Program-made: the position numbers and the translations under genes
Assembly (NCBI GenBank): GCA_005889475.1
Contig: VBGT01000005.1
Location: forward strand, 5,961-69,960
Length of the DNA stretch: 64,000 nt
From: Chloroflexota bacterium
GTDB taxonomy: Bacteria; Chloroflexota; Limnocylindria; Limnocylindrales; CSP1-4
Direction: 5' to 3'
The notes under the pieces: generated by a model
Seen by the model: only the letters and a program-made list of their open reading frames with translations
Databases searched by the model: none
Told to the model about the DNA's origin: nothing
Shown: one piece after another, positions 29,595 through 40,062 of the stretch
Layout of the letters: every line of letters starts with the position of its first letter
Position numbering within the stretch: the stretch's first letter is position 1

Positions 29595-29636
29595 CGGCGG
29601 CGATACGGTCGTGTCGGGAGAGGAGGCAACGACGAC

Positions 29637-31169
29637 ATGAGTCGGGATTTCGTCGGCGCCCTGCTCCAGCTGAACGCCGAGAAGCAGGTCTCGCGCGAGC
29701 AGCTTATCCGCACCGTCGAAGAGGCGATCGCGGCCGCCTACCGGCGCGTCGCCAATGAAGAGGACATCCATGTCCACATCGATGCGGACACCGGCTCGAT
29801 CCGGGTCTACCGCGCCCGCATCGCGACCACCGATCCGATCGACGAGGACGAGCAGCTGACCCACTTCACCCTCGACGAGGCACGCCGCTACAAGGCTGAC
29901 GCCATTCCCGGCGAGCTCGTCGAGATGGAGCAGCTCGACGGCGATGCGTTCGGGCGCATCGGCGCGCAGACGGCCAAACAGGTCGTGCTGCAGCGGCTCC
30001 GCGAGGCGGAGCGCGACGCCGTGTTCGACCAGTTCGCCGATCGCGAGGGCGAGCTCGTGACCGGGACGGTCAACCGCGTCGAACCGCGGGCGATGATCCT
30101 GGACATGGGCAAGGGCGTCGAGTCGATCCTCGCCACGACCGAGCAGTCGCCGCTCGAGCACTACCGCATCGGCCAGAACGTGAAGGCCTACGTGCTCGAG
30201 GTCCGGCGCACGCCGCGCGGCCCCGCCCTCTTCGTCAGCCGGACGCACAAGGGCTTCCTCAAGCGCCTCTTCGAGCTCGAGGTGCCCGAGATCCACAACG
30301 GCACCGTCGAGATCCGGGCGATCGCCCGCGAGGCGGGCAGCCGCTCGAAGGTCGCCGTGGCTTCGCGCCAGGATGGCCTCGACCCGGTCGGCGCCACCGT
30401 CGGCCAGCGCGGCGCTCGCGTCCAGGCCGTCGTCGCCGAGCTCGGCGGCGAGAAGATCGACGTGATCCCGTGGAACGACGACCCGGCGATGTTCGTGGCC
30501 AATGCCCTGTCGCCGGCGCAGGTCCTGTCGGTCGACATCGACCAGGAACACCGCATCGCCAACGTGACCGTGCCCGAGCGGATGCTCTCGCTCGCCATCG
30601 GCCGCGAGGGCCAGAACGCGCGCCTCGCCGCCCGCTTGACCGGCTGGCGCATCGACATCCGCAGCGACGTCTCGGTGGCCGAGGCGAAGGCCGCCGCGAG
30701 CGAGGCGAAAGCCGAGGCGCCCGAGCCGAAGACCGAGCCGAGAGTTGCCGCGAAGACCGCAGCCGAGGCCAAGCCCGATCTTGCGGTCGCCGCCAAGGCC
30801 GAGGCCGAAACCCAGGCCGAGCCCGACGCGAAGGCAAAGCCCGCGGCAAAGGCCAAGCCCGCAGCAAAGGCGAAGTCGTCGACGAAGGCGAAGGCCGAGC
30901 CCGATGCAGCGGCGAGCGAGACCGCGGTGGTCGAGACCAAACCAGCGTCCAAGGCGGCGCCGAAGACGACTCGAACGCGCAAGGCCGCGGCCAAGGCCGA
31001 GCCCGAGACCCCCGCTGACGATGCCGACGCGGAGTCCGAGACAAAGGAGCCGGTTGGGGTCGCGGTCGGGCCCGGCCCCGATGCAACCTCGAACGGCGCC
31101 TCGAACGACGGCGCGTCGAAGCCGCGCGCCCGGCGCGCCAAGGCCGCCGCGGGCGAGGTGGCGTCGTAG
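29637..31169 (+). CDS. nusA: transcription termination/antitermination factor NusA with long Ala/Lys/Pro/Glu-rich C-terminal tail
   Basis: RBS gagaggagg; MSRDFVGALLQLNAEKQVSREQL, S1 and two KH regions (IGREGQNARLAARLTGWRIDIRS); about 165-aa low-complexity tail. Confidence 0.95.
   Translation: MSRDFVGALLQLNAEKQVSREQLIRTVEEAIAAAYRRVANEEDIHVHIDADTGSIRVYRARIATTDPIDEDEQLTHFTLDEARRYKADAIPGELVEMEQLDGDAFGRIGAQTAKQVVLQRLREAERDAVFDQFADREGELVTGTVNRVEPRAMILDMGKGVESILATTEQSPLEHYRIGQNVKAYVLEVRRTPRGPALFVSRTHKGFLKRLFELEVPEIHNGTVEIRAIAREAGSRSKVAVASRQDGLDPVGATVGQRGARVQAVVAELGGEKIDVIPWNDDPAMFVANALSPAQVLSVDIDQEHRIANVTVPERMLSLAIGREGQNARLAARLTGWRIDIRSDVSVAEAKAAASEAKAEAPEPKTEPRVAAKTAAEAKPDLAVAAKAEAETQAEPDAKAKPAAKAKPAAKAKSSTKAKAEPDAAASETAVVETKPASKAAPKTTRTRKAAAKAEPETPADDADAESETKEPVGVAVGPGPDATSNGASNDGASKPRARRAKAAAGEVAS
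30831..30866 (+). repeat. 18-bp imperfect tandem duplication inside the nusA tail (encodes KAKPAA twice)
   Basis: aaggcaaagcccgcggca / aaggccaagcccgcagca, 2 mismatches, followed by a partial third copy. Confidence 0.85.
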
Positions 31170-31471
31170 GCGCCGGGGCGGTCGCGCTCGGGCGTCGAGC
31201 GGTCCCGACCCGATCCTGCGTCAACTGCCGCGAGGGCCGCGACAAGCGCGACCTGCTGCGGATCGTCCGCGCGCCGGACGGGACGGTCGCCTATGACCCG
31301 ACCGGCAAGGCGAATGGCCGCGGTGCCTACGTCTGCCATGACGAGGCGTGCATCGCCGGCGCGTTCGCGCGCGGTGGCCTCAGCCACGCCCTGTCCACGC
31401 CGGTGCCGGCGGTCCTCGCCGACGAGCTGCGGCGCATCGTGAGCCGGGGGACGTTCGATGGCGCGCAGTAG
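31166..31471 (+). CDS. ylxR: YlxR/DUF448 family RNA-binding protein (no canonical start codon; start placed at the GTA in the GTAG overlap with the nusA stop)
   Basis: Hand translation: ...PTRSCVNCREGRDKRDLLRIVRAPDGTVAYDPTGKANGRGAYVCHDEACI...; not in the ORF track because no ATG/GTG/TTG occurs between the upstream in-frame TGA (31016) and the CxxC motif. Confidence 0.75.
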   Translation, partial: VGAGAVALGRRAVPTRSCVNCREGRDKRDLLRIVRAPDGTVAYDPTGKANGRGAYVCHDEACIAGAFARGGLSHALSTPVPAVLADELRRIVSRGTFDGAQ

Positions 31472-33362
31472 GAGCGGCACCCGCGGCCGGCGCGGCCCGC
31501 GCAAGCCCCAGCGGCGCGATGGCGCCTTCGCCCAGACGGCCGTCCAGGTCGCCGACCCCAAAGAGCGCGGCGCGGTCGAGCTGCCGGCGACGATCACCGT
31601 CAAGGAGCTCGCCGAGCTGCTCGGCGTGAACCCGGCCGACGTCATCCGCGAGCTCATCAAGAGCGGCATCTTCGCGACCATCAACCAGCTCATCGACCGC
31701 GACACCGCGTCGCTCGTGTCGAGCGAGCTCGGCTACGAGGTCGCCGAGGTGCAGGCGGCGGGCGCCGCCCCGGCCGGCGACGACGGCCAGGAAGCACCGT
31801 CCCTCGCCACCAAGGAGGAGCTGTTCACCGAGGACGACACGGCTGACCTCGTCGATCGCGCCCCGATCGTCACGGTCATGGGCCACGTCGACCACGGCAA
31901 GACGAGCCTGCTCGACGCCATCCGCTCGACCACCGTCGCGGCCGGCGAGCGGGGTGGGATCACCCAGCACATCGGCGCGAGCGAGGTCGAACGCGGCGAC
32001 CGGCGTGTCGTCTTCCTCGACACGCCCGGCCACGAGGCGTTCACGGCGATGCGCGCTCGCGGTGCGAGGGTGACCGACATCGCGGTCGTGGTCGTCGCCG
32101 CCGATGACGGCGTGATGCCCCAGACGCTCGAGGCGATCAGCCACGCCAAGGCCGCCAAGGTCCCGATCATCATCGCGCTGAACAAGATCGACAAGCCGGA
32201 CGCGAACCCGGATCGGGTCAAGACCGAGCTGACCGAGGCGGGCGTGGTCATCGAGGAGTACGGCGGCGACACCCCGCTCGTGCCGGTCTCGGCGAAGACC
32301 CGGGTCGGGCTCGACGATCTCGTCGACATGGTCCTGCTCGTCGCCGACCTGCAGGAGCTCAAGGCGAACCCCGAGCGCTCCGCGATCGGCACGATCGTCG
32401 AGGCGCGCATGGACAAGGCCCGTGGCCCCGTCGGGACCGTCCTGGTCCAGACCGGCACGCTCAATGTCGGCGACGTGATCGTGGTCGGCGAGACGTTCGG
32501 CCGGGTGCGCGCGCTCGAGGACGAACACGGGAAGCGGATCAAGAAGGCCGGTCCGGCGACCCCGGCCTTGATCCTCGGCCTGTCCGAGGTCCCGGAGGCG
32601 GGCGACATCCTGCGCGTCGTCGCCGACGAGAAGGCAGCCCGCGCCGCCGTCGAGGCCCGTCGCGTCGAGCTCGCCGCGAAGGGCGGAGAGGGGAGTGGCC
32701 GCGCCACCCTCGAGGACCTGTACCGCCAGATCCAGGCCGGTCAGGCCAAGGAGCTGCGGATCGTCCTCAAGGCGGACGTGTCCGGCTCGCTCGGCGCGAT
32801 CACCCACGCCCTCGGGCAGCTCAAGACCGACGAGGTCAAGCTGAACGTGCTGTACGAGGGCGCCGGCGAGATCAGCGACAACGACATCCTGCTCGCCTCG
32901 GCGTCGAACGCCATCGTCGTCGGGTTCAACACCTCGATCAGCGACACGGCGCGCCGCGCGGCCGACGCCGAGCGGGTCGACGTCCGGATGTACGACATCA
33001 TCTACCAGCTGACCGACGACATCGAGAAGGCGCTCAGCGGCCTGCTCGAGCCGGAGCAGGTCGAGGTCGTCGAGGGCCGCGCCGAGGTGCGCAAGATCAT
33101 CAAGGTCGGGCGGCAGGTGATCGGCGGCTCGTACGTGACCGACGGCCGGATCGTGCGCAGCGGCAGCGTCCGCATCTGGCGCGGCGGCAAGGTGATCGGC
33201 ACCGACAAGATCGAGTCGCTCCGCCGCTTCAAGGACGACGTGCGCGAGGTCCAGACCGGCTTCGAATGCGGCATCAGCCTGGTGTCGACGACCGACATCG
33301 TCGAAGGCGATGTCCTTGAGTGCTTCACCACGCAGACGGTAAGCCGCTCGGCGGTCGCCTGA
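31458..33362 (+). CDS. infB: translation initiation factor IF-2
   Basis: [25 protein letters not shown] GTPase motifs; 634 aa with a short N-terminal region. Confidence 0.95.
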   Translation: MARSRSGTRGRRGPRKPQRRDGAFAQTAVQVADPKERGAVELPATITVKELAELLGVNPADVIRELIKSGIFATINQLIDRDTASLVSSELGYEVAEVQAAGAAPAGDDGQEAPSLATKEELFTEDDTADLVDRAPIVTVMGHVDHGKTSLLDAIRSTTVAAGERGGITQHIGASEVERGDRRVVFLDTPGHEAFTAMRARGARVTDIAVVVVAADDGVMPQTLEAISHAKAAKVPIIIALNKIDKPDANPDRVKTELTEAGVVIEEYGGDTPLVPVSAKTRVGLDDLVDMVLLVADLQELKANPERSAIGTIVEARMDKARGPVGTVLVQTGTLNVGDVIVVGETFGRVRALEDEHGKRIKKAGPATPALILGLSEVPEAGDILRVVADEKAARAAVEARRVELAAKGGEGSGRATLEDLYRQIQAGQAKELRIVLKADVSGSLGAITHALGQLKTDEVKLNVLYEGAGEISDNDILLASASNAIVVGFNTSISDTARRAADAERVDVRMYDIIYQLTDDIEKALSGLLEPEQVEVVEGRAEVRKIIKVGRQVIGGSYVTDGRIVRSGSVRIWRGGKVIGTDKIESLRRFKDDVREVQTGFECGISLVSTTDIVEGDVLECFTTQTVSRSAVA

Positions 33363-33393
33363 GCGCGCACCGACACCGAGGCGGGAGCCCGCG

Positions 33394-33852
33394 ATGACCG
33401 CCCGAACCGATCGCATCGACCAGCTGCTGCGCCAGGAGATCGGCGAGATCCTGGCCCGCGACGTCCAGGACCCGCGGATCGGCTTCGTGACCATCACCGA
33501 CGTCGAGACCGCGCCGGATCTCTCCACTGCCCGGGTCTGGGTCAGCGTGATCGGCCAGCCCGAGGAACGGGACCGGACGATCCGCGCGCTCGAGCGGGCG
33601 ATGCCCTTCGTGCGCCACGAGCTCGGCTCGCGCATCCGGCTGCGCCGCATCCCCGAGCTCCACGTCCGCACCGACGACACGGCCCAGCGAGGCACTCGCG
33701 TCATGCAGCTCCTGGCCGAGCTGGAGGCCGGCCAGACTCCGCAAGACGAAGCGCCGATCGCCGAGTCCCTGCCCACGCCCGTGCCGCGCATCCCGCCGCC
33801 CCCGGCCGCTCCCGATCGTGGTGGGCGCCGGCGGACGCACCCGCGACGATGA
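33394..33852 (+). CDS. rbfA: ribosome-binding factor A
   Basis: RIDQLLRQEIGEILARDVQDPRIGFVTITDVETAPDLSTARVWVS; Pro-rich tail. Confidence 0.95.
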   Translation: MTARTDRIDQLLRQEIGEILARDVQDPRIGFVTITDVETAPDLSTARVWVSVIGQPEERDRTIRALERAMPFVRHELGSRIRLRRIPELHVRTDDTAQRGTRVMQLLAELEAGQTPQDEAPIAESLPTPVPRIPPPPAAPDRGGRRRTHPRR

Positions 33853-34883
33853 CGGTCGACCTCAGCCCCTGGCTCGACGCCGTGCCGCCGGCAGCCGCCG
33901 ACGCCATCGCCGCGGCACGCCACGCCCTCGTCGCCTGCCACGAGAACCCTGATGCCGACACCCTCGGTGCCGCGCTCGGCGTGGAGGCGATCGTCCGGCA
34001 CCACGGCGGAAAGGCGACCCTGATTTCGACGGATCCGGTCCCGCCGCTGTACGCGTTCCTCGAGGGCATGGACCGGTTCGTCGCCGATCCGGACGACAAC
34101 GGCGACTACGACCTCCTCGTCGTCTGCGACTGCGGCTCGCTCGAACGGCTGGGCGGGGTTCTGGAGCGCCACCGGGCGTTGTTCGAGCGGTTGCCCCGGG
34201 TGCTGGTCGACCATCACGCCTCGAACACGGACGGCGGTCCGCGCGACTGGGTCGACCCCACCGCGGCCGCGACGTGCGAGCTCGTCGCGTTGCTCGCGAG
34301 ACGCCTGTCGGTGCCGCTCGACGCCGGGAACGGCGCACTGGCGGCGGCGCTGATGGCCGGCATCGTCATGGACACCTCGACGTTCGCGCATCCGAACTCG
34401 ACGCCGCGCACCCTCGCCGTCTCGGCAGCGCTCGTCGCTTCCGGCGCCCCGCTCTCCGAGATCTCCCGGCGGCTCTACCGCTCCAAGCCCGACGCCCAGC
34501 TGCGGCTCTTCGGGCGGGTGCTGGACCGGCTCGAGGTGAGCGACGGCGGCAAGGTCATCCACAGCTCCCTGTCCGATGCCGATCTTGCCGCGACGGGCAC
34601 CCTGTCGTCGCATTCGGAGGGGCTCATCGACCTCCTCGCCCAGTCCGAGACCGCCGAGGTTGCGATCCTGTTCAAGGAGGACGGGCCGTCCGCGACCCGG
34701 GTCTCCGTGCGCACGAAACCCGGCGGCGTCGACGCGACGGTGCTGACCGGCGTGTTCGGCGGTGGGGGTCACGCTCGAGCGGCCGGCGCGACGATCGCCG
34801 CGCCCCTGCCCGAGGCACGCACCCGCTTCCTCGCCGAGGCCGAGCGCCAGGCGGACGCGGTCTCACGCGCCGCAACGGCCTGA
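33849..34883 (+). CDS. nrnA: DHH/DHHA1 phosphoesterase (NrnA/CnpB-like nanoRNase)
   Basis: HENPDADTLGA, VVCDCGS, VDHHASN (DHH), GGGGHARAAG (DHHA1); rbfA-nrnA-truB order as in Actinobacteria. Confidence 0.85.
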   Translation: MTVDLSPWLDAVPPAAADAIAAARHALVACHENPDADTLGAALGVEAIVRHHGGKATLISTDPVPPLYAFLEGMDRFVADPDDNGDYDLLVVCDCGSLERLGGVLERHRALFERLPRVLVDHHASNTDGGPRDWVDPTAAATCELVALLARRLSVPLDAGNGALAAALMAGIVMDTSTFAHPNSTPRTLAVSAALVASGAPLSEISRRLYRSKPDAQLRLFGRVLDRLEVSDGGKVIHSSLSDADLAATGTLSSHSEGLIDLLAQSETAEVAILFKEDGPSATRVSVRTKPGGVDATVLTGVFGGGGHARAAGATIAAPLPEARTRFLAEAERQADAVSRAATA

Positions 34884-34918
34884 GCCCGGGCGTGCCCCGC
34901 CAACCCGATCATCCCGGC

Positions 34919-35827
34919 ATGCACGGCGTCCTCGTCGTCGCCAAGCCCGCGGGCCCGACGTCGCACGACGTCGTGGCGCTGGTTCGGAGGCTTGCCGGTA
35001 CACGCCGCGTCGGCCACGGCGGGACGCTCGATCCGTTCGCCTCGGGCGTGCTGCCGCTGTTCCTCGGCGGTGCGACGCGCCTCGTCGAGTACCACCTCGC
35101 CGACGACAAGTCGTACCGGGCCACGATCTGCTTCGGCGCGACGTCGACCACCGACGACCTCGACGGCGAGCTGACGCCGGTGTCCGGCCCCGTCGTGACG
35201 CGCGCCGCCGCTGAAGCTTCGCTCCGGGGATTCCTTGGGCCGCAGCTGCAGCAGCCGCCCGCGTACTCCGCGATCCAGGTCGGTGGTCGACGGGCGTACG
35301 CGATGGCGCGCGCGGGCGAGACGGTCGTGCTCGCGCCGCGGCAGGTCGAGATCAAGCGCCTCGAGCTCCTCGAGTGGAACGACGAGGACCCCGAGCGGCC
35401 GATCGCGATCGTCGATGTGACCTGCTCCGCAGGGACGTACATCCGAGCGCTCGCACGCGACCTGGGTGCTCAGCTTGGAACCGGGGCCTACCTCGGCGCG
35501 CTGGTTCGCACGGTGAGCGGGCCCTTCGCGCTGGACGGCGCACGCTCGCTCGACGAGATCCGCAGCGCCGCCGCGGCGTCCGGCCCCGACGGCATCCGCG
35601 AGCTCCTCCTCCCGCCCGACACCGGCCTCGACGCCCTGCCCGCCGTCTCGCTCACGCCCGACGAGATCGCGGACGCCGGCCAGGGCCGTTTCGTGCGGCC
35701 GGCGGCCGGGCTCCGTGACGCCGCGGACGGCGAGGCGCTGCGCCTCCTCGACGGGGACGGCGCGATCGTCGGGATGGGCCGCCGCGATGGCGCCCGCGTC
35801 GCCCCGACCAAGATCCTCCACCGCTGA
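34919..35827 (+). CDS. truB: tRNA pseudouridine55 synthase TruB
   Basis: GVLVVAKPAGPTSHDVV, GHGGTLDPFASGVL (catalytic Asp), YSAIQVGGRRAY. Confidence 0.95.
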   Translation: MHGVLVVAKPAGPTSHDVVALVRRLAGTRRVGHGGTLDPFASGVLPLFLGGATRLVEYHLADDKSYRATICFGATSTTDDLDGELTPVSGPVVTRAAAEASLRGFLGPQLQQPPAYSAIQVGGRRAYAMARAGETVVLAPRQVEIKRLELLEWNDEDPERPIAIVDVTCSAGTYIRALARDLGAQLGTGAYLGALVRTVSGPFALDGARSLDEIRSAAAASGPDGIRELLLPPDTGLDALPAVSLTPDEIADAGQGRFVRPAAGLRDAADGEALRLLDGDGAIVGMGRRDGARVAPTKILHR

Positions 35828-35837
35828 GGTCGCCGCG

Positions 35838-36686
35838 ATGGATGGCTCAGGCGCGCGGTCATCGATGGTCGTCGTCGACGGCATCGACGCGCTCGAGCCG
35901 ACAATGGGCCGGTTGTTCGCGGTGGTGGGCGTATTCGACGGCCTGCACCTGGGTCACGGCTACCTTCTCGGTGAGCTCCGGCGCGTGGCCGCCGAGCATC
36001 ACGCCAGACCCACGGTGATCACCTTCGACCACCATCCCGACGAGATCCTCAAGGGCGCAGCTCCGCCGCTGCTGTGCGATCCGGAGGAGCGGCTCGAGCG
36101 GCTCGCGACGGCGGGCGTCGAGGTCACGGTCATCGAGACGTTCGACCGGGCACTTCGGGAGACGCCGTACGACGCCTGGGTCGGGCGCATCGCCGACCGT
36201 GTCGACCTGGCGGGTTTCCTGATGACGCCCGAGTCGGCGTTCGGCTACGAACGCCGCGGGACCCCGGACACCGTCGCCGAGCTCGGCCGGACGCTTGGCT
36301 ACGAGGTCGTCGTCGTGCCCCAGTTCACGCTCGACGGCGAGCCGATCAAGAGCTCGGACATCCGCGCCGCGATCGCCGCCGGGGACCTCGCGCGAGCGGC
36401 CCGAATGCTGGGCCGTCGAGTGGCAGTCGTCGGGAACGTCGAGCGCACGCCACGCGATACCACGCCGCTCACGTTCGCCATGCCCGTCGCGCTTCCGCCT
36501 GGGGGCGTGTATGAGGCCTTCGTGCGGACAGCGGGAGGATCGGTCCGCAACCGCCAGGCGCTGATCGACGAGACCGGCGTTCGGCTCGAGCCTGCCGTCC
36601 CGGCGACGACGGGCGCCCGGCTGGCTGTCGAGCTGGTCCAGATCCTGCGTGATCGACCTTCGACTGCTACCATCCGCCGGTCATAG
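35838..36686 (+). CDS. ribF: FAD synthetase RibF with divergent C-terminal riboflavin-kinase-like domain
   Basis: N-terminal [16 protein letters not shown] and ITFDHHP motifs are present; the C-terminal domain lacks the GRxLGFPTAN motif. Confidence 0.8.
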   Translation: MDGSGARSSMVVVDGIDALEPTMGRLFAVVGVFDGLHLGHGYLLGELRRVAAEHHARPTVITFDHHPDEILKGAAPPLLCDPEERLERLATAGVEVTVIETFDRALRETPYDAWVGRIADRVDLAGFLMTPESAFGYERRGTPDTVAELGRTLGYEVVVVPQFTLDGEPIKSSDIRAAIAAGDLARAARMLGRRVAVVGNVERTPRDTTPLTFAMPVALPPGGVYEAFVRTAGGSVRNRQALIDETGVRLEPAVPATTGARLAVELVQILRDRPSTATIRRS

Positions 36687-36733
36687 TTGGAAGTGGAAGA
36701 GAACCAATAGTTTTGTTCGTGTCGGAGGACCGA

Positions 36734-37003
36734 GTGCCGCTCGCGCCCGAGGGGAAGCAGGAGCTCATCACCGAGTACGCTGTCACCGACGGCGATACCG
36801 GCTCGCCGGAGGTCCAGATCGCGCTCTTGACCGAGCGGATCAAGGCCCTGACGGACCATCTCCGCAGCTTTCCCAAGGACAACCATTCGCGACGCGGCCT
36901 CCTCAAGCTCGTCGGCCAGCGCCGTCGCCTTCTCGCATACCTGCTGAAGAAGGACAACGCACGCTACCGCGCCGTCATCGGACGGCTCGGACTCCGCCGC
37001 TAA
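36734..37003 (+). CDS. rpsO: 30S ribosomal protein S15
   Basis: GTG 36734 after ggagga gives 89 aa; [15 protein letters not shown]...[16 protein letters not shown]. Confidence 0.95.
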   Translation: MPLAPEGKQELITEYAVTDGDTGSPEVQIALLTERIKALTDHLRSFPKDNHSRRGLLKLVGQRRRLLAYLLKKDNARYRAVIGRLGLRR

Positions 37004-37080
37004 CCCTTCACGCGGCTCCGCCCGGACAGGGCAGAGGAGCGCAGGGAACGCGACGCTGACCGGCTCGCCGCCAGGTTGGT

Positions 37081-37100
37081 CCCTCTGCACGGCAGAGAGG
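37081..37100 (+). promoter_or_regulatory. pnp leader hairpin sequestering the pnp Shine-Dalgarno
   Basis: CCCTCTGC acg GCAGAGAGG; the right arm is the agagagga RBS about 10 nt before GTG 37112; a second GCAGAGG copy at 37031-37037 can compete for pairing. Confidence 0.4.
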
Positions 37101-37111
37101 ATTTGCACCCA

Positions 37112-39700
<2,589 letters not shown>

Positions 39701-39724
39701 CGACTCCATCCACCGAACCCGATC

Positions 39725-39758
39725 GAGACCCCGGCCCCCGCCGGGGTCTCGCGTTTCT
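39725..39758 (+). terminator. intrinsic terminator after pnp
   Basis: GAGACCCCGG cccccg CCGGGGTCTC (10 bp) followed by gcgTTTCTC; starts 25 nt after the pnp stop. Confidence 0.65.
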
Positions 39759-39998
39759 CAAGCGCCGCGTGAGGGTGCTCGTTGCGGCGGCTCATCAAAG
39801 GTTGCCTACACCCGCCGAAGGGTCGGAGGCTCCACGTACCGAGCGACTTCCTCCGACGCATCACTCGGCAGGTGATGCATCCATCCGGTGACGGGTGGGT
39901 GTGAACGCGCCGGCGGGTACAGGCAACATCCAGTGAGTCTCGCGATGGCGATATGGCCAGTTGGACGTGCCGTTGGTCGAGTCCAGAGATGGCTCGGC

Positions 39999-40004
39999 TA
40001 TACT
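39999..40004 (+). promoter_or_regulatory. candidate -10 hexamer TATACT upstream of asd
   Basis: cggcTATACTcccgaa about 58 nt before the asd ATG; shares TAnACTCC with 21155 and 29537. Confidence 0.3.
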
Positions 40005-40062
40005 CCCGAACGTGCCCGCTTGACCTGAATCCCTGCGGAGCCATGCCCGGAGCCGTCCCCGG

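Noticed and set aside
29556-29636. The N-terminal extension of the nusA ORF (MAAWDVGDPHVFFRRRYGRVGRGGNDD) as a possible RimP remnant or real extension
   Set aside because: It has no similarity to RimP. It spans the T8 terminator and an AT-rich island. A strong RBS (gagaggagg) precedes ATG 29637, where the conserved NusA N-terminus begins.
39955-39995. tRNA-like fragments (AGTTGG D-loop-like and GGTCGAGTCC T-loop-like strings) upstream of asd
   Set aside because: The spacing between them is only about 8 nt. No acceptor or anticodon stem can be drawn, and the T-loop lacks the TTCGA core. This is not a tRNA or a recognisable tRNA remnant.
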